Assembly (NCBI GenBank): GCA_045611665.1
Contig: JAZKXP010000006.1
Location: forward strand, 1-60,283
Length of the DNA: 60,283 nucleotides
Direction of reading: 5' to 3'
DNA from: Alphaproteobacteria bacterium
Lineage (GTDB): Bacteria > Pseudomonadota > Alphaproteobacteria > CAAHEQ01 > UBA3637
Each line of letters starts with the position of its first letter. The stretch's first letter is position 1. The notes below the pieces were generated by a model. It did not search any database, was not told where the DNA came from, and saw nothing but the letters and a program-made list of their open reading frames with translations. Shown here in pieces: positions 17,633-27,285 of this stretch. The position numbers were made by a program, and so were the translations under genes.

Positions 17633-18193
17633 TTATTTTGGGGACATCATCATCGCCATTTGACGACCATCCATTTTGGGTTCTTGATCCACTTTGGCAA
17701 CATCCTCTAATTCGGATTTGGCACGGCGTAAAACCTCCATCCCCAAATCCACATAGCTCATTTCACGGCCACGGAAACGTAACGTAAATTTGACTTTGTT
17801 TCCTTCTTCCAAAAAGCGTTTAGCAGAACGCATTTTTACGGAATAATCGTTATCCCCGATATTGGGCGTAAATTTGATTTCTTTGGTTTCTTGAACCTTT
17901 TGTTTTTTCTTAGCCTCGGCTTTACGTTTTTGCATTTCGTATTTGTATTTGCCGGAATCTAAAACTTTACAAACGGGAATTTCTCCGTTCGGAGCGATTT
18001 CAATTAAATCCAATCCAAGTTCTGAAGCTCGGCGAATGGCTTCGCTGGTTGGGACAACCCCCACATTTTCACCGTCAGACAAAATCAATCTGACTTTAGG
18101 TGATGTAATTTGCTCGTTAATACGTGGTCCGTCTTTGGAAGCGGCACCGGCTTGATTAGAGCTTGATAAATTCGGTTTAATGATATCCTCCAT
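17633..18193 (-). CDS. infC: translation initiation factor IF-3
   Basis: RINEQITSPKVRLI...GVV....A...A...GLDL..I. IF3 N- and C-domains; 186 aa. Confidence 0.9.
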   Translation of the reverse strand: MEDIIKPNLSSSNQAGAASKDGPRINEQITSPKVRLILSDGENVGVVPTSEAIRRASELGLDLIEIAPNGEIPVCKVLDSGKYKYEMQKRKAEAKKKQKVQETKEIKFTPNIGDNDYSVKMRSAKRFLEEGNKVKFTLRFRGREMSYVDLGMEVLRRAKSELEDVAKVDQEPKMDGRQMAMMMSPK

Positions 18194-18267
18194 AAAAAAA
18201 TTGAAACTAACGCTATTTTACACATTTTTTTGAAGACAATCAAGTTTTTTTTTGTTATAGTGAGGGT

Positions 18268-20190
18268 ATGATACGTATTTTTTTAATGTTTTTTGCGTTA
18301 ATGTGGGCCAATTTGGTGTTTGCCGAACAAAACCAAGGCGCTGACGTTCCTGTTTCTGAGGCGGCTTCGGTTGCGGTTGATCCCAGTTTGCTTTCTCCGA
18401 CAGAGGAGATTGTATATCAAGCGGCAAAGCATGTTTTTATGCCGTTAAAAAATTGGATGGCTCAAGTTCGGCAGATGGACACCGAAAAAGTTAATATCAA
18501 AGCAGTTGACAACCCATTGACGGCTTTGTATTTAATGACGACATCTGAGGTGAATCCTTTAACAGGCACACGTGGGTATGGTGAGTGGAAAACTTATCCT
18601 TTCGGACGTATGCGTTTGGTCTCTTGTAATGCCGGATTGGTTGAAAACGAACCTGCTTTTGTCGGAATACAAGCGCAAATCCATTCGGATTGGGCATTGT
18701 ATAAACCCAATATCATATTGACCACACCGGCGCGAGAAACGGTTATTTCGTATCCGCTGTCTTTAAAGTTGCCCAAAGGCATAACACGTACTTTTTTATA
18801 TGACGGAGATACGGTTTTTCCTGTCTTTTTTATGCCGGAAGCTTTTGATAAAGCGCTGGATGTTTCTGTGACAGTAGAGTGGCGAGCTTTAAACCCTTAT
18901 ACAAAAAAAGATATCTTTGGAACTGATTTATTTCAAATCAAATTAACGCCGGAAAAGGCTTATGAAACAGGTATTTGTCCGTATATGATGTCTTTTTTGT
19001 CTGTTTCTCCTGCTCCGGTCAGGGATAATTTAACGTTATCGGCGACAGTTAATGCCTATAATCAAGTCCAGTTGTTTTTTGAATTTAAGCAGGTAACAGA
19101 TGATGTATCTGTTCAGATTGATGATGAGTGGACATTTGTTGAGGAGAAAAAAAATGTAAAAGGAAAAGTGGCTGAAATGGTCATTATGCCTTCTCGTATG
19201 CTACATGAGGGAGATGTGTTGCCTGTAAAGGTGATAACTTCCTATGGTATATATGATGTGCCGACGGTTTTAAAATCAGGTAATTTTTATCAAGATACCC
19301 CTGCTTTTGATTGGATGGGAATTTTGATTGCGGGTGTTGGTTTGTTCTTTTTAACCCCATTGTTTCCTTACTTTTTGGCACATGCAAAAAGCAATGCCGA
19401 ACAGGTCAAAAAAGATGCCGGACAAACACTGATATTTTTAAGTGTAACCGGTATTATATGGACGCTTGCATGGCAGGCGGGTTTGGTTCCTGTCATAGAT
19501 TTGGTTCAACACAGTCAGATTATATTTTGGCTGACGGTAGGGGGACTGATTTGGTGGTTATTGCGTCCCGGTTTGTCATTAGGGGCGGTGGGTGTATTAA
19601 TTGTCTTTTTGCCAAAGCCTTATTTAACGGACGTTGCCGGATTGGTAACGTATTATTCTTTTGCTCCGGTGGTTATCGGCGGTATGTTGACTGTGATGAT
19701 GATGTATCCTTTTTGGTGGATATATCGTTATCCCGATATTTTTGTGATATTTCATCAAATGAGTCAAAAAGATACTAAGGCTGTTTTTTGGTTGACACGA
19801 TTGCCCGCACTCGTGTTACTGATATGGTTGATTTTAGGTGGGATGGTTTCGTCAGACTCTTTACCCTATACGGCTCGTGCTGTCAGACAAGCGGTGTCCG
19901 ACGGGCAAGTGGTTTTTGTGTCGGTCGAACCGCCGGTGTGTTTGAGTTGTCGTTTTTTGCAAACCAGTTTTGCTATGTCACGGACAATGCGCCGCTTAAA
20001 GGATGAAAACGGTCTTATTCAGATGACTGCACCGCTTGAGTCGTTTGACGGAAAAGAACTGATGAAATATTACGCCCAAACATCTGTACCTCTTAATGTG
20101 CTATATGGACCGAAAAATCCTAACGGGATTATAATTCCGGCCTATGTGGATTATGCCGAATTGAATGACTATTTGGATTTTGTTAAATAA
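18268..20190 (+). CDS. DsbD/ScsB-like membrane protein (divergent; thioredoxin-like C-terminus)
   Basis: Signal peptide, large periplasmic N-domain, ~8 TM segments and a C-terminal domain with VFVSVEPPVCLSCRF (CxxC). The TM block contains no Cys. Confidence 0.45.
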   Translation: MIRIFLMFFALMWANLVFAEQNQGADVPVSEAASVAVDPSLLSPTEEIVYQAAKHVFMPLKNWMAQVRQMDTEKVNIKAVDNPLTALYLMTTSEVNPLTGTRGYGEWKTYPFGRMRLVSCNAGLVENEPAFVGIQAQIHSDWALYKPNIILTTPARETVISYPLSLKLPKGITRTFLYDGDTVFPVFFMPEAFDKALDVSVTVEWRALNPYTKKDIFGTDLFQIKLTPEKAYETGICPYMMSFLSVSPAPVRDNLTLSATVNAYNQVQLFFEFKQVTDDVSVQIDDEWTFVEEKKNVKGKVAEMVIMPSRMLHEGDVLPVKVITSYGIYDVPTVLKSGNFYQDTPAFDWMGILIAGVGLFFLTPLFPYFLAHAKSNAEQVKKDAGQTLIFLSVTGIIWTLAWQAGLVPVIDLVQHSQIIFWLTVGGLIWWLLRPGLSLGAVGVLIVFLPKPYLTDVAGLVTYYSFAPVVIGGMLTVMMMYPFWWIYRYPDIFVIFHQMSQKDTKAVFWLTRLPALVLLIWLILGGMVSSDSLPYTARAVRQAVSDGQVVFVSVEPPVCLSCRFLQTSFAMSRTMRRLKDENGLIQMTAPLESFDGKELMKYYAQTSVPLNVLYGPKNPNGIIIPAYVDYAELNDYLDFVK

Positions 20191-20649
20191 TTATCGGCAC
20201 ATTAATAAATCAGGGCTATATGTATCACGTTGTTCGCAAGCCAGTTTATCCACCAGTTCATTCATCGGATGGCCGGCGTGTCCTTTGACCCAAGTCCAGC
20301 TGACATGATGTTGGGACAGCGCTTCATCTAAAGCAATCCATAAATCTTGGTTGAGAACAGCTTTTTTATCGGCCTTTTTCCAACCACGTTTTTTCCATCC
20401 GTCTAACCATTTTGTGGCGCCTTCCAACACATATTTACTGTCGGTGAAAATATGCACCTGACATGTTTCTTTTAAATGTTTTAATCCTTCAATGACGGCG
20501 GTTAATTCCATGCGATTATTTGTTGTTTGCGACTCGCCGCCGGCAAACTGCTTCATGGACTCTTTGTAAATCAAAACGCATGCCCAACCGCCAGGACCCG
20601 GATTACCGGAGCACGCGCCGTCAGTATATAATTCAATTTGTTTCATCAC
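20191..20649 (-). CDS. rnhA: ribonuclease HI
   Basis: YTDGACSGNPGPGGWA...ELTA...DSKY...W.....H.GH..NE..D.LA catalytic DEDD context. Confidence 0.9.
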   Translation of the reverse strand: MMKQIELYTDGACSGNPGPGGWACVLIYKESMKQFAGGESQTTNNRMELTAVIEGLKHLKETCQVHIFTDSKYVLEGATKWLDGWKKRGWKKADKKAVLNQDLWIALDEALSQHHVSWTWVKGHAGHPMNELVDKLACEQRDTYSPDLLMCR

Positions 20650-20656
20650 TAGACTT

Positions 20657-20842
20657 TTAGGCGCTGAGTTGTTGTTCTTCGTAAGCGGCTTCTGCTATTT
20701 TGTTTTCACTGAACCAAACGCGTTCAGAAAATTCCGATTTTTTCCCTTTGTTAAAGTGGCTGACCGGACGGAAATATCCCATCACTCTGGTCCAACATTC
20801 TACCGGTTGACGTTCTTCATCTTTTAAAATGATTTCACTCAT
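20657..20842 (-). CDS. small protein with NrdD C-terminal glycyl-radical-like signature
   Basis: 61 aa. TRVMGYFRPVSHFNKGKKSEFSERV parallels the NrdD C-terminus pattern RVxGY......FNxGKxxExxxRV (recalled from E. coli NrdD). Confidence 0.55.
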   Translation of the reverse strand: MSEIILKDEERQPVECWTRVMGYFRPVSHFNKGKKSEFSERVWFSENKIAEAAYEEQQLSA

Positions 20843-21001
20843 AATGGCCTCCTGTTTTTTGTTTTATGAGCTTTTGCCCCTTACAGATTCATTGTACCTT
20901 CAAAATTATGTATAAATGGTTAAAAGGAATACGATTTTTAAAATTATTTTTTAATGTGTTGATTCTAATGAAAAACCGCCCTAAAACAGAGCGGTTTAAT
21001 A

Positions 21002-21955
21002 TTACATAGGCAAAGTGTATAAATAATAATTATACACGGCATAGGCGGCCAAAAAAGCGAATCCGATGGGTCTGGAAAATCTTTTTTGCCATAAGGCTAT
21101 TCCGATTAAAATGGCCGTTATAATGGTCATTAGCCAAATATCTGTTCCCATGCCGATAGGAACCGAAATCGGTAAGAAAACTGCCGTTGTCCCCAAAATA
21201 AATAACGCATTATAAATATTGGATCCGACAACGTTTCCGAAAGCCACATCATTATGGCCCCGAATACCACTCATAACCGAGGTGGCCAATTCGGGTAGGG
21301 AAGTGCCGACCGCTACAATGGTTAAGCCGATGACGGCTTCGGATACGCCCCAAGAGCGAGCCAAAATAATGGAATTATCGACCAACAATTTGGCTCCTAA
21401 CATCATGAGGGCTATTCCACCGATGGCTTTAACCAAGGCTAACCATGTCGGCATAAGTACTTCTTGTTTTGTATCGGATGTATCTGTATTTTTGGCCCGT
21501 GTTTTTGATGTTTGTTTTTTGTCGGTAATATAAGAATAGATAATGTATCCGATTAACATTGCCACTAAAACGCCCCCCATGATGCGTCCGATTTGTCCCA
21601 AAAATAAAGCCAATATTAACATCACGCAAGATAAGGCCAAAAAGGTACCATCACGTTTAAAAGCCTTTATATCTACATTTACCGGAGCAATAACGGCCGC
21701 CATGCCCAACACCAATAAAATATTAGCGATATTGGACCCAACCACGTTTCCCAAAGCAATATCATTAGATCCTTTAATGGCGGCCAATAAACTGGTGAGT
21801 AATTCCGGTGTGGATGTTCCAAATCCCACCAATGTTAACCCGATGAGCAAGGTGGAAATCCCTATTTTTTTAGCCAATGCTACAGCGCCGGAGACCATGG
21901 TATCTCCGCCAAAGGCCAATAAACATAATCCTAAAATCAATAAAACATAAATCAT
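21002..21955 (-). CDS. Ca2+/Na+ antiporter (CaCA / YrbG family)
   Basis: Two alpha-repeats GNVVGSNIANILLVLG and GNVVGSNIYNALFILG; about 10 TM. Confidence 0.85.
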   Translation of the reverse strand: MIYVLLILGLCLLAFGGDTMVSGAVALAKKIGISTLLIGLTLVGFGTSTPELLTSLLAAIKGSNDIALGNVVGSNIANILLVLGMAAVIAPVNVDIKAFKRDGTFLALSCVMLILALFLGQIGRIMGGVLVAMLIGYIIYSYITDKKQTSKTRAKNTDTSDTKQEVLMPTWLALVKAIGGIALMMLGAKLLVDNSIILARSWGVSEAVIGLTIVAVGTSLPELATSVMSGIRGHNDVAFGNVVGSNIYNALFILGTTAVFLPISVPIGMGTDIWLMTIITAILIGIALWQKRFSRPIGFAFLAAYAVYNYYLYTLPM

Positions 21956-22154
21956 TTTTTATCCTTTCATAAATAATGTCGCCTTTATACACGAAAAAAA
22001 GAAAAAAATCCACCCTCTTGTTTATGACATATTTGTGACACAATGAATACATAAATATGACATTTGACATAATGGGGTATGGCTTTCTCTATCCTTATAT
22101 ATCATAATATGCTAAGAAAAACGCGTTTGTATAACTCAGAAATAGGAGATTTCT

Positions 22155-23414
22155 ATGAAAAAAATATCAAGTGCTTTGGCAATCGCTGCCGTTTTAGGCT
22201 TCAGCGTACAAGCCAATGCTGCCGGTTATCAATTAACTGAATATTCAACAACCGGTTTAGGTCGTTCTTTTGCAGGCGCTGGTTTGGTCGGCGATGACTA
22301 TTCTGCTGTTGCTTATAACCCAGCTGGTATGAGCTACACAACACGTAATGGTGCTCAACTTGGTTTTTCCACAGTTGGTATTCGTTCCACAGCAAAAGGA
22401 ACAGCCGGTACAACATCCGGTAAGGAAAGCCCGTACATTGTGCGTGTTTTACCACATGGTTTTGCTCAATACAGATTAAATGACAGAACTGTTTTAGGTT
22501 TGGGTATTTACACACCGTTTGGTTTGGCAACAGACTATAAAAATGGTTGGTTTGGTAAAACACATGCCGGTCGCAGTGAAATTCAAACAGTCAACGTATC
22601 TCCGGCTTTGTCCGTTAATGTAACGGATTCCATTGCTTTGGGTGCCAGTGTGAACTTGCAACATGCTCGTGCTGATTTGACAAGTGAAGTGGAAGCACAA
22701 GGACAGTATCTTGGAGGTAAAGCCCACTTGCGTGGTCATGACACTTCTTTGGGATACACATTGGGTGCTACATGGGAACCGGTAAAAAATAAAACACGTT
22801 TAGGTGTTTCCTATCGTTCAAAAGTTGTCCACGATTTAAAAGGTAAAAACACAGTGTCTGATGCAGGGATGTTATATAGGCTGTTTGATCTCAATGGCAC
22901 TAACAATATTCATACAAAAATTACAACACCAGAAACTGTGACATTGTCCGCTTGGCAACGTTTGACAGATAAATGGAGTGTTTCTGCCACTGCTCGTTGG
23001 ACACGTTGGAGTCAATTTAAGGATTTAAATATTTATTATGATGAACCGCATCCGGTGACTCATTTAACAGTGACTTCTGCAACACATGAACACTGGCGCA
23101 ACACTTGGTTCTATTCTTTGGGTGCCGATTACCAATACTGTAAAAATTTGATTTTCCGTTTTGGTGGGGCTTATGACCAATCCGTTGTGAAAGGTCCTGA
23201 ATACAGAACAGCCCGAATTCCTGACGGTCGTCGGATTTGGACATCTTTGGGTTTCAGTTATATGAAAAACAACTGGCAATTGGATGGTGGGTATGCTCAC
23301 TTATTCGTGAAAGATGTGAAAGCCAGACATAAAAGTGAAGGTATGTCAGACTTTGATGCGAAGTATTCTTCCAATGCCAATTTGTTCAGTTTAGCTGTTC
23401 AATACAAATTCTAA
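22155..23414 (+). CDS. fadL: FadL/OMPP1/TodX-family outer-membrane hydrophobic-compound channel
   Basis: Signal peptide, N-terminal AGYQLTEYSTTGLGRSFAG hatch motif, beta-barrel pattern, C-terminal ...LAVQYKF. Confidence 0.8.
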   Translation: MKKISSALAIAAVLGFSVQANAAGYQLTEYSTTGLGRSFAGAGLVGDDYSAVAYNPAGMSYTTRNGAQLGFSTVGIRSTAKGTAGTTSGKESPYIVRVLPHGFAQYRLNDRTVLGLGIYTPFGLATDYKNGWFGKTHAGRSEIQTVNVSPALSVNVTDSIALGASVNLQHARADLTSEVEAQGQYLGGKAHLRGHDTSLGYTLGATWEPVKNKTRLGVSYRSKVVHDLKGKNTVSDAGMLYRLFDLNGTNNIHTKITTPETVTLSAWQRLTDKWSVSATARWTRWSQFKDLNIYYDEPHPVTHLTVTSATHEHWRNTWFYSLGADYQYCKNLIFRFGGAYDQSVVKGPEYRTARIPDGRRIWTSLGFSYMKNNWQLDGGYAHLFVKDVKARHKSEGMSDFDAKYSSNANLFSLAVQYKF

Positions 23415-23605
23415 AATTTGAACAAGTATGGTAAAAAGCGACTCGTTTTGGCGGGTCGTTTTTTGTGTATTTAAGGAGGTATCATTTTTGTAAAAAAAAG
23501 AATAAAAAAATCGGTTAAAATTCAATTTACCCCTTGCAATTCATTTTTTTGCATGCTTAAATGGAAGCCGCTAATTATTTTTAATTTTAGATATGGAGAA
23601 AACTC

Positions 23606-24499
23606 ATGAATTCTAAATCAACTCATACACATACAGCAAAAGAAGAAGTTTGCAAAACATCTGCTTGCAAGTGCGGTGAAGATTGCAAGTGCTGTGAAAC
23701 ATCTTGCTGTTCTAAATTTTTAATGCCGGCTACTGTTTTGGCCAGTGCTATTTTGATTTCCGGTTCTATTTTGGCAGTGGCTTTTGACGGTCCGTGTGCT
23801 CGTAGAGTAAAGTCAATGAAAGACAAAGGAATGCGTCAAGAACAAGTTATTCATGATTATATCGTGAAAAATCCGAAAGTATTGATTGACACAGTTGAAA
23901 AATACTATGAAGAACAACGTAAAGCCGAAGCTAAAAAAGCTCCGCAAAAACCTGCTCCGCAAGCCGAAGCCGATAAAACTTTGGTTGACGAAATTTTGAA
24001 TGACAAAACGAATCATGTTTTGGGTAACCCAAAAGGTAAATTTGTTATCATTGAATTCTTTGATTATCAATGTGGTTGGTGTAAACGTACCAATAAAGAA
24101 ATTTCTGCAGTGTTGAAAGATGCTCCGAATATTCGTTGGGTTTTGATTGATACACCGATTTTTGGCGAAGCCAGTGAACAAATTGCTCGCTATGCCATGG
24201 CTGCCGGTAAACAAGGTAAATTTAAAGAATATCATGAAGCTATCGGTAATGCCAAAGGTAAATTGGATAAAGATGCCTTGATTAAATTAGGTCGTGATTT
24301 GAAACTTAACACAAAACGTTTGACTGCCGATGCCGAAAGTCAAGAAGTTAAGGATAAAATGGCTAAAAATCAAAAATATGCTCGTCAGTTGAATATTAAC
24401 GGCGTGCCGATGTTGATTGTTGACGGTAAAATTAATCCGGGTGCTTTAATCGGCGACAGATTGGCTGATGCCGTAGCAGCTTCTAAAGCTAAAAAATAA
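23606..24499 (+). CDS. DsbA-family thiol:disulfide oxidoreductase with Cys-rich cytoplasmic N-terminus and membrane anchor
   Basis: DsbA fold with CGWC active site (FFDYQCGWCK). N-terminus CKTSACKCGEDCKCCETSCC (9 Cys in 21 aa) precedes one TM helix. Confidence 0.8.
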   Translation: MNSKSTHTHTAKEEVCKTSACKCGEDCKCCETSCCSKFLMPATVLASAILISGSILAVAFDGPCARRVKSMKDKGMRQEQVIHDYIVKNPKVLIDTVEKYYEEQRKAEAKKAPQKPAPQAEADKTLVDEILNDKTNHVLGNPKGKFVIIEFFDYQCGWCKRTNKEISAVLKDAPNIRWVLIDTPIFGEASEQIARYAMAAGKQGKFKEYHEAIGNAKGKLDKDALIKLGRDLKLNTKRLTADAESQEVKDKMAKNQKYARQLNINGVPMLIVDGKINPGALIGDRLADAVAASKAKK

Positions 24500-24595
24500 T
24501 TCTGTTAGCTTGTCCATAGACAGAGGGGATTTTTTCCTCTCTGTTTTTTTTGTTGTATATTGCATTTTAATTCAAAAGGCCGTAGAATAACTTTG

Positions 24596-25453
24596 ATGAA
24601 AAGTGTTGGTTTTATTGTATTTATTTTTTTATTGACGGCCTGTCATTCATATAAGGTGCCTATGGTGCCTTCTTATCAGCAAATTCCCGTTATACAGGTT
24701 AAAAAAGATGATACGTTGTATTCATTGGCAAAACGGTATGATACAACGGTTCAGGAGTTGGCTCGTAAAAACAATATTGCCGATCCAACCGCTTTACAGG
24801 TTGGTCAAGATTTGCATTTACCCAAAGCGGTGCGGGTTGCGACGTATCAAGAGCCGGCTGTATCTTCGGACACGAAAACAGTTAAAAAAACAGCACGCTC
24901 GATTAAAGAGAATAAAACAAACAGCCCAAAACAAGCAGGTGGTACAAAAAAGTCAAGTTCTGGAGCGTCAAAAATATCTGCGACCCAATCAAAAAACAAA
25001 CTGTCTGCGACATCTAAAAAATATCCGAAACCAACTCAAAAAATGACAAAATTGGATAAGCCGTTTGTGGCAACGGGCAAAGTTCATTTTTCTTGGCCTT
25101 TAAAAGGCAATGTTATTTCTTCTTTTGGTTCTAAGGGCGGCGGTGTCAAAAATGACGGTATTAATATTGCTGCGGCTCAAGGAACGTCTATTAAAGCCGC
25201 TGAGGCCGGTATTGTCGTTTATGCCGGTAATGAGTTAAAGGGATATGGTAATTTATTGTTGATACGTCACGAAAAAGATTTTATGAGTGCGTATGCTCAT
25301 GCCGATAAATTGTATGTTAAAACAGGGGATGTTGTTGCAAAAGGGGATAAAATTGCAACCGTTGGAACGACCGGAAATGTTAAAACACCTCAGTTACATT
25401 TTGAAATTCGTAAAAAAACAAAATCAGTTGATCCAAAAAAATATTTACAATAA
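24596..25453 (+). CDS. nlpD: LysM + M23 peptidase lipoprotein (NlpD-like)
   Basis: ORF track 24560..25453. ATG 24596 gives lipobox FLLTAC. LysM (DTLYSLAKRYDTTVQELARKNNI) and C-terminal M23 (LLIRH....SAYAH...GTTG....PQLHFEIR). Confidence 0.8.
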   Translation: MKSVGFIVFIFLLTACHSYKVPMVPSYQQIPVIQVKKDDTLYSLAKRYDTTVQELARKNNIADPTALQVGQDLHLPKAVRVATYQEPAVSSDTKTVKKTARSIKENKTNSPKQAGGTKKSSSGASKISATQSKNKLSATSKKYPKPTQKMTKLDKPFVATGKVHFSWPLKGNVISSFGSKGGGVKNDGINIAAAQGTSIKAAEAGIVVYAGNELKGYGNLLLIRHEKDFMSAYAHADKLYVKTGDVVAKGDKIATVGTTGNVKTPQLHFEIRKKTKSVDPKKYLQ

Positions 25454-25507
25454 CATTATCCTGTGATACAATAACTCAGTATTATGTCAAAAACCTAAGG
25501 GGGTTCA

Positions 25508-26911
25508 ATGCCGTTTAAATTTATTTGCACAATTTTGGGAACAACATTTTTAACAACATCTGTTTGGGCCGGATTGCCGGAAGCTGTTCGTGCTTATGAG
25601 GCGGGTCAATACACTCAAGCTATGGAGGAATTTACCTATTTGGCAGATGAACAGAATGCTAAGGCTTTATTTTATTTGGGGCAAATGTATGAGTTGGGGC
25701 AAGGTGTTGAAAAAGATGTGGTAAAGGCAACAGAATATTATCAGAAGGCCGATGCATTAGGGGATGAACGCGCAACCGTTGCTCTTGCCAAAATGGTGTT
25801 TTATGATGATACGATTGAAAATAATAAAGAATTGGGATTGGAATATTTGAAAAAATCGGCCTATAACGGTAACTCGGATGCGTTATATGAATTGGGTGAA
25901 ATTTATCGAGAAGGAAAAGGAATTGATGCCGATTATTCTTATGCCTTCGGGTATTATTTAATGGCGGCTATGAAGGGGGAAAAACGGGCTCAGCATAAAT
26001 TGGCTTTTGCTTATATTCAAGGGCGTGGTACACCTCAAGATTTTGAAAACGGTGTTAAATGGTTGTCTCGTTCGGCGAATCAAGGATATGTGCAAGCCCA
26101 AAAGGATTTAGCAGATTTACAATCGTCCGATCCGCGGTTGTTAAATTTGGCGGACGCTTATGCTTGGTACAGTATTATTGCGGCCTATAATACAGATAAA
26201 ATCGGTCATGAAGCGGCCCGCAGACGTGATGAGATTGCTAAAAATATTGGGAATAAGGATAATAAATTACTTGCCAGACAACGTGCGGCCAGAGATTGGC
26301 GTCCGATTCGGCCGGAGCAATCTGTGTCTCAAGAAGATTTGTTGACCATTCCAACGCCGATTATTCCAGGGTTTAATGATCCGTCATCTGTCCAAAAAAG
26401 ATTGGCCAGCGGGGCTGTTTTATACGGAGATGGCGCTAAATATGGTGTTTCTCCGACAATGGTGGAAGAAGCCGTTCTCGACAAAAATACAGATGAAATC
26501 GCTAAAGTCATTGATAATGCATTTAAAAATGGACATACCGGGGCTTATGCGTATTTCGGTGATTTAATACACACACGTTTTAATGATGATAAAATGGCAT
26601 TTGATTGGTATCAAAAGGGCGCTATGGCCGGAGATGCCTATGCCAAGTATCAGTTGGCTAATTTATATTGTGAAGGTCGTGGCGTGGAAGCTCCCAGTGC
26701 CGTTGAGTGCTATAAATGGTTGATTTCTGCCTCTGAAACGGAAGACGAAACATTGCGTTTGTCTGTGGCTCAGGCAATCCGTGAAGTGGAAAATCAGGTG
26801 ACGCCTGAGGAGATTGAGGCCGGTAAAGCGGCTGCCGCTAAATTGGCTGAAGAGGTAGCTGCTTCAAAAACACGGCAGGTGGATAAATCCGGTGGATTTA
26901 ATTTCTTCTAG
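25508..26911 (+). CDS. Sel1-repeat (SLR/TPR-like) secreted protein
   Basis: Signal peptide. Repeated A..YYLG.MYE.G.GV..D...A..WY.KAA-type Sel1 units. Confidence 0.8.
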   Translation: MPFKFICTILGTTFLTTSVWAGLPEAVRAYEAGQYTQAMEEFTYLADEQNAKALFYLGQMYELGQGVEKDVVKATEYYQKADALGDERATVALAKMVFYDDTIENNKELGLEYLKKSAYNGNSDALYELGEIYREGKGIDADYSYAFGYYLMAAMKGEKRAQHKLAFAYIQGRGTPQDFENGVKWLSRSANQGYVQAQKDLADLQSSDPRLLNLADAYAWYSIIAAYNTDKIGHEAARRRDEIAKNIGNKDNKLLARQRAARDWRPIRPEQSVSQEDLLTIPTPIIPGFNDPSSVQKRLASGAVLYGDGAKYGVSPTMVEEAVLDKNTDEIAKVIDNAFKNGHTGAYAYFGDLIHTRFNDDKMAFDWYQKGAMAGDAYAKYQLANLYCEGRGVEAPSAVECYKWLISASETEDETLRLSVAQAIREVENQVTPEEIEAGKAAAAKLAEEVAASKTRQVDKSGGFNFF

Positions 26912-26929
26912 AGTGTCTTTAAACTTTAA

Positions 26930-26959
26930 AAACCGCTCGGTTATGAGCGGTTTTTTTTA
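26930..26959. terminator. bidirectional terminator between the Sel1 gene and rpmG
   Basis: AACCGCTC-GGTTAT-GAGCGGTT followed by T8. Confidence 0.7.
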
Positions 26960-26980
26960 TGAAAGAAAAAAAGAAAAAAA

Positions 26981-27148
26981 CTATTTGATTTTCTTTTCTA
27001 CAAATTCCTCGTGTTTTCTGGTTTTCTTGTCATATTTTCTAACAGACATTTTTTCCGTTTTTGTACGAGGATTTTTCTTTGTGATATAGAAAGTACCGGT
27101 ACCGGCTTTGCTTTCTAATTTAATTTCAATTGTCGTTGGCTTTGCCAT
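26981..27148 (-). CDS. rpmG: 50S ribosomal protein L33
   Basis: Not in ORF track (55 aa). The minus strand gives [55 protein letters not shown], a typical L33. Confidence 0.85.
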   Translation of the reverse strand: MAKPTTIEIKLESKAGTGTFYITKKNPRTKTEKMSVRKYDKKTRKHEEFVEKKIK

Positions 27149-27285
27149 TTTAATCCACCATTTTTATATAAAAATTAAACCTTAGAGGTGCAGTATAGCC
27201 GTTTTTTCTATAAAAGTCAAGCAAAAAAACACCTGGCCGTCCTTTTTTTTCGGTAACTCAAATGGTTGTTGAGTATAAGACTGTG

